Positions 22,305 to 34,049 of a DNA stretch of 40,465 nt are shown here, in pieces. A program made the position numbers and the translations under genes. How positions within the stretch are numbered: the first letter of the stretch is position 1; the number at the start of each line of letters is the position of its first letter. Origin of the DNA: Octopus bimaculoides (taxonomy: Eukaryota); NCBI RefSeq assembly GCF_001194135.2, contig NC_068998.1:24056128-24096592 (forward strand), in the 5' to 3' direction. The notes below the pieces were generated by a model. It was not told the origin of the DNA and searched no databases. It saw nothing but the letters and a program-made list of their open reading frames with translations.

Positions 22305-22990
22305 TCTCTTTAATCTCACCATCAGAACATCCCTCTGCTAAAATTATATTCCTAACTCTCTTCTATATCACTACCTTCAATTAATTTTTTTCACCACGTA
22401 ATAAACATTACGTTCTCCCAGCCACGTGTCATGGACGCATCCCTTTCCGTCTTTTTCTTCTTCTATCATTGTACCTCACTCTTCACCTTATCCTCTCTTT
22501 ATCTCTCCTTTTTCTTTCTCTTGTTCCTTCATTCAATTCAGCTAATCAAGTGAAAGGGTTTCAATTACGTTCCAACTAACTCACGTCATGGACTCTTCTC
22601 TCACCCTCTTTTTCTCTCTCCCTCTTTTTCTCTCTCCCTCTCTTTCTCTCTCCCTCTTTTTCTCTCTCCCTCTTTTCTTTCTGCCTCTTTCTCTCTGATC
22701 ACGTGAAAGCGTTACCGACGGGCTAAGTAACGTAATGACAAGCAAAATCATTATAAGATGAGAATAGCAAGTGACACCATAGTGATTTTGAGTTTTACTA
22801 TTTCCTTGTAAGTTCTTCATTATGGTTCCCGAGACCCTTAATATCATTACACATTATGTTAGCAGACACGCACACGCAGTAAGTGGAGATAGAAGCTGAA
22901 AAATACGTTTTTTTCATAATTTCTAACTGCAAGTTTTATATTTTTGAGCCCAAATCAATTTCGACTCCTATTTCTGTTTTATTTATTAGA
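21750..22990 (-). mobile_element. Internally deleted Helitron (Pif1-like helicase C-terminus at 21812-22115)
   Basis: LTLERNQLPGRLSYTMIVNKPQGQTLDNVGLFLPESLFGHGQLCVAFSTA (helicase motifs V-VI), ending TYTKNKTCKDVLD*. Possible 5' A|TCTAATAAATAAAA at 22990. Termini are uncertain. Confidence 0.75.
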
Positions 22991-23051
22991 TAATAAAATT
23001 TCAAACGCTCCTCACCTCTATATTCCTTATCTTAAGTCTCTGTGTATGTAC

Positions 23052-23229
23052 ACTTTAAATGTCGAAAAATTGCTCCAAAAACAACGAAGTTAAGAACCAT
23101 TCCTGATACAAGGAGCAAATTACCCCTAACTCCATAAAATCTTATGAGCCGTTCGAGTAACAAGCTCGCGAACATTACACCCATACCTGAGTCAGAGTTC
23201 CTTATTCCTATTGCCAATGCACTATTCTC
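23052..23229 (-). pseudogene. SLC16/MCT-like exon (TM5-TM6), 5'-truncated by a repeat
   Basis: ENSALAIGIRNSDSGMGVMFASLLLERLIRFYGVRGNLLLVSGMVLNFVVFGAIFRHLK matches the MCT pattern A-x-G-I..GSG.G....P...LI..YGWRG..LI..G..LN...GA..RP. No acceptor and no TM4b half are visible. Confidence 0.85.
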
Positions 23230-23800
23230 TCTCATATATATATATATCAGTTTCGAGTTGTAGCTGTAATTCAAAAGCGCCAGTCTTGTCATATTCTGTG
23301 AGGCTGTATCTCCCTGAGTATTACGTTAATGTTATGCATGTCCGTGGAGTACTCAGCCATTTTTGAGTTAATTTTATCCTCGTGGGGTAATGAAAAGTGA
23401 AATTGACACCCAATATTTGCTGTGTGTATGTATCTATGTATCTACTTCTCTTGTGATGAATGCCGTCACTACTCACTCTCTCTTTCTCTCACTCTCTCTC
23501 TTTCTCTCGCTCTCTCTCTCTCTTTCTCACTCTCTCTCTCTCTTTCTCTCTTACTTCTTCTCTGAAACATTTAAAAACACAAAACGAACGCCGTCGCTAC
23601 TCACTGTCTGTTTCACTCTCTCTTTCTCTCTTACTCTCTCTCTCTCTCTTTCTCTCTAACTTTCCCTTTCTCTCTCACTCTCTCTCTCCCTCTTACTTCC
23701 TCTCTGTCCTCCTTTTTCTCGCTTTGCCACTTCTTTGAAGTGTGACGCACACAACAGGTACGTACAAAAACAAAAAGTTAGTGTATTAATATTATTGATA
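23225..23800 (+). repeat. Composite repeat, left arm of an inverted pair with 27280-27845
   Basis: Shared in reverse complement: cgagttgtagctgtaattcaaa, gagtactcagccattt, tacttctcttg..atgaa.gccgtcac, cgctttgccacttctttgaag, acaacaggtacgtacaaaaacaaaa, tattaatattattgata. Confidence 0.9.
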
Positions 23801-23811
23801 ATGATGATGAC

Positions 23812-23893
<82 letters not shown>

Positions 23894-23895
23894 TA
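23800..23895. repeat. (GAT)n-(AAT)n microsatellite running into a gap
   Basis: Direct reading. Confidence 0.95.
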
Positions 23896-24269
23896 NNNNN
23901 NNNNNNNNNNNNNNNNNNNNNNNNNNNNNNNNNNNNNNNNNNNNNNNNNNNNNNNNNNNNNNNNNNNNNNNNNNNNNNNNNNNNNNNNNNNNNNNNNNNN
24001 NNNNNNNNNNNNNNNNNNNNNNNNNNNNNNNNNNNNNNNNNNNNNNNNNNNNNNNNNNNNNNNNNNNNNNNNNNNNNNNNNNNNNNNNNNNNNNNNNNNN
24101 NNNNNNNNNNNNNNNNNNNNNNNNNNNNNNNNNNNNNNNNNNNNNNNNNNNNNNNNNNNNNNNNNNNNNNNNNNNNNNNNNNNNNNNNNNNNNNNNNNNN
24201 NNNNNNNNNNNNNNNNNNNNNNNNNNNNNNNNNNNNNNNNNNNNNNNNNNNNNNNNNNNNNNNNNNNNN

Positions 24270-24317
<48 letters not shown>

Positions 24318-24354
24318 GGGACTATAATAAGCAGTTAATAGTGGAAAATTCCAG

Positions 24355-25200
24355 GCCCTGTACTACCACCAACCAAAATTGAGCGCAAAAGATACAGGGT
24401 ACACTGGCCTGGGGGGATTACAATCCCAAAGCCTAAATCAGTGCGTGACCTGGGTATTGACATGAGCGATGATATCTCTTTCCAAGTGCACTTTTCCAAG
24501 ATGGTGACAAAGTGCAGACGGCTGGTTGGCTGAATCCTGAGAACCTTCAGAACCAGAGAGAAGGAAACCGCGAGGGCTGTCTGGAGGACATTCGTTCTCA
24601 GCCGCCTGGACTACTGCTTCTAACTATGCCGCTGGACTAATACTCCCGTCAGCAGACCTTGATGCAACCTAGCGAAGCTACACAAAGAATATCATCTCAT
24701 TGCAACAGCTCAGCTACTGGGAATGGTTGAAACAGCTAAGTCTCTACTCCCTGTGGCGAAGACGGAAGAGATATGCAATGATATAGATCTGGAAGATTCT
24801 GGAAGAGATTGTACCAAATTTTGGCATTGGAATCTACCCAAATGCCATAATGGGTAACCCCTGCGCAGTGCCAAAGATCCCAACACTTCCATCGCGTTTC
24901 AGGATCAGTTAATGCAACAGCTTGTTCAAGGGCCCACAGCTTTTTAATATTCTCCCAAAGAGCTTGAGGGACCTACACAAAGCGGATGTAGGTGGTTTCA
25001 AAATAAAACTGGATCACTTCCTGTAGAGAGTCCAAGATAAACATACCTCGCGGAAGGAAACATAAATGAGGGGTGCGACATCAAATTTCCTTACTCACCA
25101 AATGTCACATATCAGAAGAGGCTCTCAATAATAACAGTGTAGCAAAACTGCTGTGCCCCAGCATGGCTGCAGCTTTGAGCTGAAACCGATAAAAGATGAA
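24355..25200 (+). mobile_element. CR1/L2-group LINE 3' end
   Basis: YTGLGGLQ/IPKPKSVRDLGIDMSDDISFQVHFSKMVTKCRRLVG*ILRTFRTREKET...WRTFVLSRLDYC; LSYWEWLKQLSLYSLWRRR; KGPQLFNILPKSLRDL...FKIKLDHFL. The 3' UTR ends ...ctgaaaccgataaaagat. Confidence 0.9.
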
Positions 25201-25203
25201 ATA

Positions 25204-25237
<34 letters not shown>

Positions 25238-26344
25238 ACATAGAGAGATGAAGAAACAGGGGAAAAGTACTAACACTGATTATGAATCTCAACAATATTG
25301 GTGAGATAAACAAGAAAAAATCTCAGTCGAAAACTGTGAAAAATAAATATGATAAAATAGGGTCTTACATAGGTAATATGATCAAACGTAATGCAATTTG
25401 TTTTGATTTGACAGTCTGTGGAGAACACGACCACGAATTAATTATTCGTTAAGTAATCGAAACAGAAAATTTACTGGTACCAGTCATGAACTTTGAAATA
25501 TGAGGATGCAGGATTACGTACTGTCTGATACATCAGTTGCCTTAGGTGTTTGCCTTGAGGCAGTTTTTTTTTTTTTCTGTCTGATCAGAGTTTTTTCAGT
25601 TTTCTATTAGGTAACAGATTTTACGTTTGTCTTTTGTGAAAAGATGGCACTACATATGCAACAACTTAGGGAGAGTCTTCCGTTGGCAGTATAGCTTGCT
25701 TGAAAAAAAATATTTCAAAATCAGTCTCTGCTGTCCTGTTAATTTTCTCGTTATTATTTAGGGCCAAGTTAGACCTGATCGAGAAGACCTGTTTCCGTCG
25801 AGAAAATTTCGTCTTGTTGCTTGAAAATAGTTTATTTTTCAGATGGCAGAGTGCTATAGAGATAAGATTTAAGAGTTATTTCTAGAAGAGGCTACAACTT
25901 AGCGGTTATCTTATTAGTTTTATGGCACCTTAGTTGTTATAATATATGATGTGCTTGCTGGTTTAATCTTATCTATTGTAATACAGTTTCTTTATTCTTC
26001 TAAGATTGATTGATTTTCATCAATCCTGGGGAAATGAAAGTTCACGAAGAATTCAGCTGAATTTAACCCCAGAAAGTAAAGAAATACAAACAGATATTAA
26101 AATGTACTAAGGTTGATGCTCTGAATTTCCTGGCATTTTTGGTGGGTTTAAAATTGTTTTTTTATGTATTTCTTGAAAATGTTCTATAATTCTTAACAAA
26201 TCCTTAAACTATCTTTATTGATATTTTATTTCAATTATAGGACAAAGGTACATACGAAATATGGTCGGTCATATGCTTCTTCATGGCTGGAAATTATAAG
26301 AAATAAATGCAAGGGAAGTCGTGTGATTAAAAATTGAACCAGAT

Positions 26345-26475
26345 TGCGTTACTAGTTTAATTAGTCTACCAATATATTTTGACTCAGTACAATTACAGAT
26401 GTTCTGAAGTTGGAGCACTATTTTTTGCAGGTTCATTATTGCAATATTTATTTAATAGCTTTGATGTAACGATTA
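26345..26475 (+). pseudogene. Possible decayed SLC16 TM4b-TM5 paralogous exon
   Basis: VTSLISLPIYFD, then after a frameshift SEVGALFFAGSLLQYLFNSFDVT, which aligns by eye to SGMGVMFASLLLERLIRFYGVR of the 23052-23229 exon. Confidence 0.3.
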
Positions 26476-26772
26476 AACCATAATCACGATATGAACATTG
26501 ATTTTCTATTACAAACATGTGAGACTGATAACAATATTACTATAAGACGTCATGACGACATGATTGCAATCTCAGTGTCTCCATGATATATATAATTGAC
26601 GTTTCAGCTGTCGTGACACAAGTGATTATGAAGTATGTGGGACAAATTTTAGTGACACATTTGATACGTCATTAAATGTCTTATCGATGATGCTCATTAA
26701 CATTAAAATATCTGTACGTTATTAAATTATATAAATCTTTAACGAAAGCTCTAATAAATGAGTCACATGAAT

Positions 26773-26990
26773 AAGGCAGCGAGCTGGCGGAAACTTTAGC
26801 GTTCTGGGTAAAATACTTAGCGATATTTCGTCCATTTTTACGTTCAGAGTTCAAATTTCACCGAGGTTGACTTAGCTTTTCATCTTTTCAGGGTCGATAA
26901 AATAAGTAGTAGATGAACAAAAGGATTGATGTAATCGATTTATTCCCTTCCCCAAAGTTACTAGACTTGTGCCAAAATTTGAAGCCAATA
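26773..26990 (+). mobile_element. SINE family A, full length
   Basis: A box ggcagcgagctggcgg, B box ttcagagttcaaatttc, central gacttagcttttcatcttttcagggtcgataaaataagta, tail gtgccaaaatttgaagcc. Confidence 0.85.
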
Positions 26991-27097
26991 TACCAGGTAC
27001 TAGAATATGTATTAAACAACCAGAAATTTTATGCATTTATGACGCTATGTGTTTCTAATTGTAAAATAAAATATACTCAAATATATACCATAAACCA

Positions 27098-27144
<47 letters not shown>

Positions 27145-27279
27145 AAGAGTCACAAATTGATGCTATTAACTTATGATGATATCAACCATAGTGTCTGAGT
27201 TACAATATTCATTTTCGTATATAAATTACGAATTAGGTGTAGCAGTTTATGAAAGTCACTGTATTATATGAGTTATAGT

Positions 27280-27845
27280 ATCAATAATATTAATACGCTA
27301 ATTTTTTGTTTTTGTACGTACCTGTTGTGTGCCACACTTGCTTCAAAGAAGTGGCAAAGCGAGAGAGAGGAGGTAAGAGAGCGAGTGAGAGAGAAAGTGA
27401 GATAGTGAAAGAAAATGAGAGAGAGTGAAAGAGAAAGAGAGAGAGTGAAAGCGACAGAGAGAGAGTGAAAGAGACAGTGAGTGGTGACGGCGTTCATTGC
27501 AAGAGAAGTAAATGCATAGATTCATAAACACATTATTAAATCAAAAGCGGAAGAGAAGAGGGACTCAAAAGTGAAAGAAAAGAGAGAAACTGAAAGAGAC
27601 AGGAGATACATAAATCCAAAGAAAAGTTCATACATAGATACATACACACAGCAAACATTGGATGTCAATTTCACTTTTCATTATCACACGAGGATAAAAT
27701 TAACTCACAAATGGCTGAGTACTCCACAGACATGCATAACTTTAACGTAGTTCTCAGGGAGATTCAACCTCACACAAAATATGACAAGGCTGGCCCCTTT
27801 GAATTACAGCTACAACTCGAGACGTGTATACATATATGAGAGGAG
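27280..27845 (-). repeat. Composite repeat, right arm of the inverted pair (includes SINE C 3' fragment)
   Basis: Reverse-complement match to 23225-23800. Confidence 0.9.
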
Positions 27846-28092
27846 TCAGTGGTGACTCAAAGGAAGGTGGTGTTTGTTTTGTATTTTCAACCACAGCAAA
27901 TATTGGATACTGTATCTTAAGCAAAAACTGTCTAATACATTCGTATATGTATTCCAATTGATAACCCGATTCATTTTGGGCAATTAATGTTTTAATAGTA
28001 AGAGAAAAACTGAGAGAGAAAGAGAGAGAGTGAGAATGAAAGAGCTTAAGACACAACTAAAACAATTCCAGGCAGTGGCAAAGCAACCGGTA

Positions 28093-28135
<43 letters not shown>

Positions 28136-28639
28136 GGGAGACTTCGTTGTGGACTATCTGACACTCACTGCAACTGACCTTTCACTGCTAGTAAAGGCCC
28201 AACCACACTCACACATACTCACACATTTATTTTAAGCCATTTCAACAGCAGCCATAAATCGAAAAACATGGTTTTTTGCTCCAAAATTTAAATTTTGAAT
28301 TTGTTTTCATTATTAAATTACACCTCAGCTAAAAAAAAAACATAGTTTGGCTTCGGAATACAACTTTGTCTTTTTTCTTTCTATATTTTTAAGTTAGAAT
28401 TTCTGGCTCATTTGATGATGTGTGTAAGTAAACAAAAACTAAAGGAAACAGACAGAGACATATATACATGAATGTATTTGTGCGTGTGTATAGTTTAGGT
28501 TAGTTAAAACATGTTTGCAATACTAAGTGTCACGTGGTGGAAATAAGCACGAATACATTCGTATTTGGTTTTCAGTTGAAACACTGTGAATCATTTTGGA
28601 GATTTATTGCTTTAATAGCAAGTTTTAAAATATGGATAA

Positions 28640-29790
28640 TCGCATGAGAGACGCAGCACGTGAGCGTCAGTGTTGAAGGAGAGAACGAGTGCGCGAGGAC
28701 AGCAGGAGGAAATAAGGAATAAAAATCGCGCGGGGATGAGGAAGAAAGGAAATAAGTCAAGAGGAGAGAGAGAGCGTATCCTACGGTATAGGAGGGAAAT
28801 AAATCAGCAAAGGATAAAACAAATGAGTCAGGACCAAAGAGAAGTGTGTTTCCAAAATAAGAGAGATAGTGATCAACAAAATCGACAACACATGAGTCAA
28901 GAGCAAAGGCAGCTGTACATAGAAAATATGAGAAACAGAGCTCAATAAAGAAGGAAACACATGAACGAAAACGAAAGGCAGAATTACCTTCAAGATACGA
29001 GGAACAGAGTTCAAGAAAGGCAAAATATGGAAGAATCTGAAGCACAGAATTGTCTTGTGATAGACAGAGCTAAAATAAAAAGACGGAATATAATAAAAGA
29101 ACAACAAAATTCTCAATTTACGATTGGTGAGATGAACGCAGTATTCCCACACTGTCATGCACGTAGATTTCCTCACAAAGCACTTAATTGTTTCCATAAT
29201 AGCAAGGTTTCCTTGCCGAATCTACAAGAATATCCTGACCAGTTAAAACAACTTTTGGAAAATACCGACATTGAAGGAATGAACTTTAGACAGAACATCA
29301 GAAACTATAATTCAATGTATTCGTTCGCCTCATTTGAATCCAATGTTACATCACCTCCTGGTCGTAGCCCATACTGTTCCTGCTTGCAAGGACAAGTCTA
29401 TCATCGCGCAAAAAACTTATATCTTGAATACTGTGACCCTAGAAGATATGCTCAACTCTATATTGTTGATTTTAAAGTAGACTTACAAACAAGAGCTGAA
29501 GTGCCTGAAAATATTAATTGCTTGCAGTCAGTAATGGAAAATATTTCTTGAGTCATGCTGAATAATCCATATACTGCAGCATATTTAAATATGCGCACTG
29601 TTGAACAACAAGAAGAAATAAGACTAACCAGAGAAAATGTTAGTCCGCAGAAAGTAACTGTGCATTTTATATCAGGCCCAGATGCCAGGAGATACAATAA
29701 CCCTGTTAATAATGAAATTGCAGTTGTATTTGTAGGTGAAGATGGTACACCTCCAGTTCATCGTGATATGGTTATATATCTACGCATCAC
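28640..29790 (+). mobile_element. Helitron RepHel N-terminal pseudogene
   Basis: IGEMNAVFPHCHARRF...SKVSLPNLQEYPDQLKQLL...FRQNIRNYNSMYSFASF...PPGRSPYC..LQGQVYHR...YAQLYIVD; NNPY; RRYNNPVNNEIAVVFVGEDGTPPVHRDMVIY. Preceded by 23-aa repeats. Confidence 0.92.
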
Positions 29791-29930
29791 CACTATACCA
29801 GCCGCTCCATCATTACACATCCACATTACACCTTTAAGATCGGGAAACCAGTTAGGGGCCCGCTGGATCTCTCTCGGCATACCAGCAAACTACAAAAGCG
29901 CACCTGCCAGCATCACCACTACCTCCAAGC

Positions 29931-29939
29931 GCCGTCATA

Positions 29940-29975
<36 letters not shown>

Positions 29976-30180
29976 TGTGTGTATGTATGTATGCACGTAT
30001 GTGTGTATTTATGTGTGTGTCTGTCCCACCACTACCCTCATTGCTTGACAACCGATGTTGGTGCATTTGTGTCCCTGTAATTTAGCTGTTCAGCAGAAGA
30101 GACTGATAGAATAAGCACCAGGCTTGGTGGTGCTCCGCATGGCCACCGTCAGATGACTGAAACAAGTAAAAGAATTAAAG
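29931..30180 (+). mobile_element. SINE family B 3' half
   Basis: gcttgacaaccgatgttggtg...gatagaataagcaccaggctt...ggtgctccgcatggcc...tgactgaaacaagtaaaaga. Confidence 0.85.
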
Positions 30181-30424
30181 AATTCCGAAAAACGTTCTGT
30201 ACCACCAAACCAAGAAGGTCCTTTGAATATGTATGATGTATTTTAAAGTTAAATAGTAATTCTATTTACGTTTGTGTAACTAAGATATTTTGGTTGGATT
30301 ATATAGTCATTAGTGTTACATTACATTCTATAGTCTGTAACTGTCACAAAATACTTTTNNNNNNNNNNCATTACATTCTATAGTCTGTAACTGTCACAAA
30401 ATACTTTTCTAGGCCTGACATTTG

Positions 30425-30548
30425 TTGTGAGGGGGACAGGTGATCCGATCGATCCCAGTACACAATTGGTACTTAATTTATCGACCACGAAAGGACAAAA
30501 GGCAAAGTCAACTTCGGCAGAATTTTAACTCAGAACGTAAAGACAGAC
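30425..30548 (-). mobile_element. SINE family A fragment
   Basis: Reverse complement reads ttacgttctgagttaaaattctgccgaagttgactttgccttttgtcctttcgtggtcgataaattaagtacc. Confidence 0.8.
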
Positions 30549-30968
30549 ATTCATAATATACAAACATTTCTCATGGCACCAGTACATTGTTTACAGATGC
30601 TTACATTTCTTATGTTTTCCGTTAATTTTTCACGGGTCCAGCTAGTTATGTTTATTATGATAACTGTAGTATGTAAATTAATATATTTTCAGAATTGTGT
30701 AAACTTTGACATTGGCTGTAGTTTGTGAGTCATAACAATAACTATATTATTTATTCTGTATGCATACAACAGCTATAACGTTGTATATAAATTATTATGT
30801 GACTCAAGCCATGAGATTTAAGCTATGCGATAAATAATGATGCTAAATGAAGTATGTAACTTATTGAATTAAACAAAGTTCATCTGATATATCATTAAAT
30901 ATCAATGGCCTCATTAAGCGAGTAAATTATTACATAAAATGATCTATGCAAACAAGATGATATCTTAC

Positions 30969-31112
30969 CTCCAAAGATTCCGTTCATAACTATCATCATG
31001 TTGCTACAAGTGGAAAACACTCCCAATATAGTGCTTGTAAATCCAATAATTCCAGATGATGTCATCAATGTACGATGACTGAAGTAAACCAACAAACCAC
31101 TAGCAACTGTGG
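30969..31112 (-). CDS. SLC16/MCT-like exon (TM3-TM4a)
   Basis: tttttag| ... |gtaaga, 144 bp, phase 1-1, open. Reads (A)TVASGLLVYFSHRTLMTSSGIIGFTSTILGVFSTCSNMMIVMNGIFG(G), matching the MCT pattern P.AS.L...FG.R....G....G...S.F......L..G...G. Confidence 0.8.
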
Positions 31113-31983
31113 CTAAAAATATAATTTGATAAAGAACAATCAGTATAGCGAAGGCGTTGAAGTGATGATATGCTCATATTTAAGTTGTGTGTTGCCTTAG
31201 CAGTTATGGACGATTTGTCTGGAAGGGGAAAAAACTACGACTCCATTTAGGTGTCTGAATTGTATATTTTGAAATAGGGTACGTGGAAAGTCTTACATTT
31301 GAGTGCATGGTCAGAGACTCATGTCATATCTACGTATGTACGTCATTATCAGTGAGATATCATTGCACAAAACCATGGGAGAGTGTCTTTTTTATACCCT
31401 CGTGAGCAAGGAAGGTGGAGTGAGGGAGTTAGGGTGACAGAGTAATACGAAAAAATAGTGGGAGAAGAGGTGAAAGAATAAAAGAGGGAAAGAGAGAAAA
31501 ATGAAAGATTCGTTTTCTCTCTTTCTCCCACGTGACCATCGGCCATCTTTCTTCTCCTAGGTTGTGTTTCTTTCTCTCCGTTGTAGCTGGAACAAGGAAG
31601 ACGTGTTCTTGTTTGTCTCCTGTCCACGATTGATTTACGCATTCACCACCACAACCTCCCTCATTTAGGTTTAGCAGTCCTTCCTGTTTCTTTTCACTGT
31701 TCTGTTTGTGTTACCTATTTTGACCCTCTGCAAAATCCCAAATTTTATTTAATTTACTTTGCAGGAGGAACTGTTTTATTGAAAACGTATATTGTTGTTA
31801 AATGCTCGAAATACGAGACTAGAAAAACAGCCAACAACTGATGAAGGGTCGTTCTTTATGTTGTTTGTTTTGTTTTCCCTTTGTGTCTTTCGTTGGTGGA
31901 AACAATAGTTCATGTTCCATGTACTCGTGCTTCGTATTTTTTGTTGTACACGTTTCATGACGCCCTGTGTCAACATATGGTTT

Positions 31984-32032
<49 letters not shown>

Positions 32033-32049
32033 GTAAACTGACAAAATGT

Positions 32050-32690
32050 AACGCTTGGACGCATTCTCTTGTCTTTAAACTCATTTACGTTTATGCTTAT
32101 CATAAAAACGTGAAGTTTCTTTTGCATGCGAAATTCATTTGCTGCCTGAATCTTTCCCTGAACCATCCAACTGCAATCATTAATTGCTTACGAATCTATC
32201 ATTCTGTATTAAGGACACCCATCATTTTTTTTTCTAATAAATCACCATCTAGGTTCATAATAATGAATTCAAATTCATCCTGTCACAACTCCACACCACA
32301 ATTACAGATAGAATGGCCTAAATGTTTTTTTTTTTTAAATATGTTCTCACCTACCTATTTATCAGATCGATATAATGTCCATATAAATATTATCCTATAT
32401 CTCACATCTAAACTTTAACCTTTACGCTGACACATCTTCGCTGCTCTCCTTAGATCAGCAGATCCTAGTTAATAAAAATAACAGAGCTCTACTTTGCTTC
32501 AAATATCTGTAGATGATCTCTGTTCCTCCTATGCTCGATTTTTCCTACAGGTATTAAGCTGTAGATGTTCGAAGTAACCTATTTGGATAAGTCTTCTCAA
32601 GGTCAATAGCTTTGCCACATCTCTCTTTTGATTTTATTAATCTGTCTCTCATCAATCAGTACAAATAACGCAATGACCTTCCTAATTATC
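32050..32690 (-). mobile_element. Highly decayed RTE-like RT fragment
   Basis: IDLEKTY (DLEKAFD motif), DEFEF..NLDGD, and a GW.FRE-like segment; many stops. Confidence 0.4.
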
Positions 32691-32706
32691 TACATTCTTT
32701 ACTTAC

Positions 32707-32812
32707 CATTTTCCATCTCTATCATACTACAACATAACTTGCACATACTGATCACTTTCATTTGGCATATCTACTGTGCCTAACGATAGTGACGATGTAA
32801 CCGACTGAACTG
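32707..32812 (-). pseudogene. Candidate SLC16 first coding exon with in-frame TAG at 32727-32729
   Basis: ...MPNESDQYVQVML*YDRDGK TG|gtaagt. DRDGKW resembles the MCT pre-TM1 DGGW motif and the donor is a perfect consensus. The following TM1-2 exon was not found. Confidence 0.3.
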
Positions 32813-34049
32813 CTATTTATAGCAGTTAAATTCCTCTAAGTACTTGTAACTGTCATAAAAAGAATGATCACAGTAGATAAGATATCCCTAGATAAAATAT
32901 GTCACATGAGAAAACAGTATAAAGTAGCTAGAATGCTTTTAAATCACAGATCATTAAGATCAGGAAAATCTTCGCACTAAACAACAGCAAAAGATACCCT
33001 TCATGTTGTTCTACAATCACGATAGAATGGTGTTCCCTCATCGTATTCTATACTCAACAGTGATTTTTATATGTCTCCCTTCCTCCATTTCTAACTTTTA
33101 CACAGTTTAACACATAGATTCATCTCAAAATATCAATAAATTTTATGCATACTAAAACAAATACAATATTTTCTTTTTGTGATGTTTGGGGCAGTTCCAT
33201 CACAGGCTGATTGAAATCCACTACTTTCTAAGCATTAACTACTCTACAAATAATTGTCGAGAGTAGGCGGGGACTAAACTGGCACCCTACCTTGTACCAG
33301 CGTTGTAGATACGCAGAAGAATTAAAAGACAAAACTTACTAAAGGTGCATTCGGTTCTTGATAGCAAGAGCTTAAGTATCTTGTCAAGTGATGGACACCA
33401 TGTCACACCATACTTTATTTCCGTACAACAGTTTTCGAACGCAAAGAGGAAACGCAAGAGTCAGATAGGTGGAAAAGATTGGTAACATGGAATTTAGAGT
33501 GTTTTGGAGAAATGGAAATGGAATGGAAGTATGTGTAGATTGAAATGGAAATAAAATGAAAGTTTTTCAGTTTCTCTGAATAAGCAAATTGTGATCAAAT
33601 TATCCAATGTACCAATACTAATACGTCTCCTCTGCAAAACAATACTGTAAGCATTTAGTTCGCTCACGCCTTCCTACGTGGACTTCCTTGTCTTGTACTA
33701 ACTATATATATATATATATATNNNNNNNNNNNNNNNNNNNNNNNNNNNNNNNNNNNNNNNNNNNNNNNNNNNNNNNNNNNNNNNNNNNNNNNNNNNNNNN
33801 NNNNNNNNNNNNNNNNNNNNNNNNNNNNNNNNNNNNNNNNNNNNNNNNNNNNNNNNNNNNNNNNNNNNNNNNNNNNNNNNNNNNNNNNNNNNNNNNNNNN
33901 NNNNNNNNNNNNNNNNNNNNNNNNNNNNNNNNNNNNNNNNNNNNNNNNNNNNNNNNNNNNNNNNNNNNNNNNNNNNNNNNTTACTTCTTCTATAATTGCT
34001 TTACTACTTCGGTATTTTTGTGTCTTTCTTCAACCCGGTAGAATGGAGA

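Noticed and set aside
26251-26286. 31-bp minus-strand micro-exon candidate (tttccag|...|gtatgt)
   Set aside because: Frame-shifting length and no SLC16 similarity; consistent with chance splice-like motifs.
30319-30408. 40-bp direct repeat flanking a 10-N gap
   Set aside because: Typical unmerged contig overlap (assembly artefact), not a target-site duplication.
31790-31900. CTGATGA-AGGG motif resembling a hammerhead core
   Set aside because: No properly placed stem II closure plus GAAA and no stem I partner; at best a decayed PLE LTR remnant.
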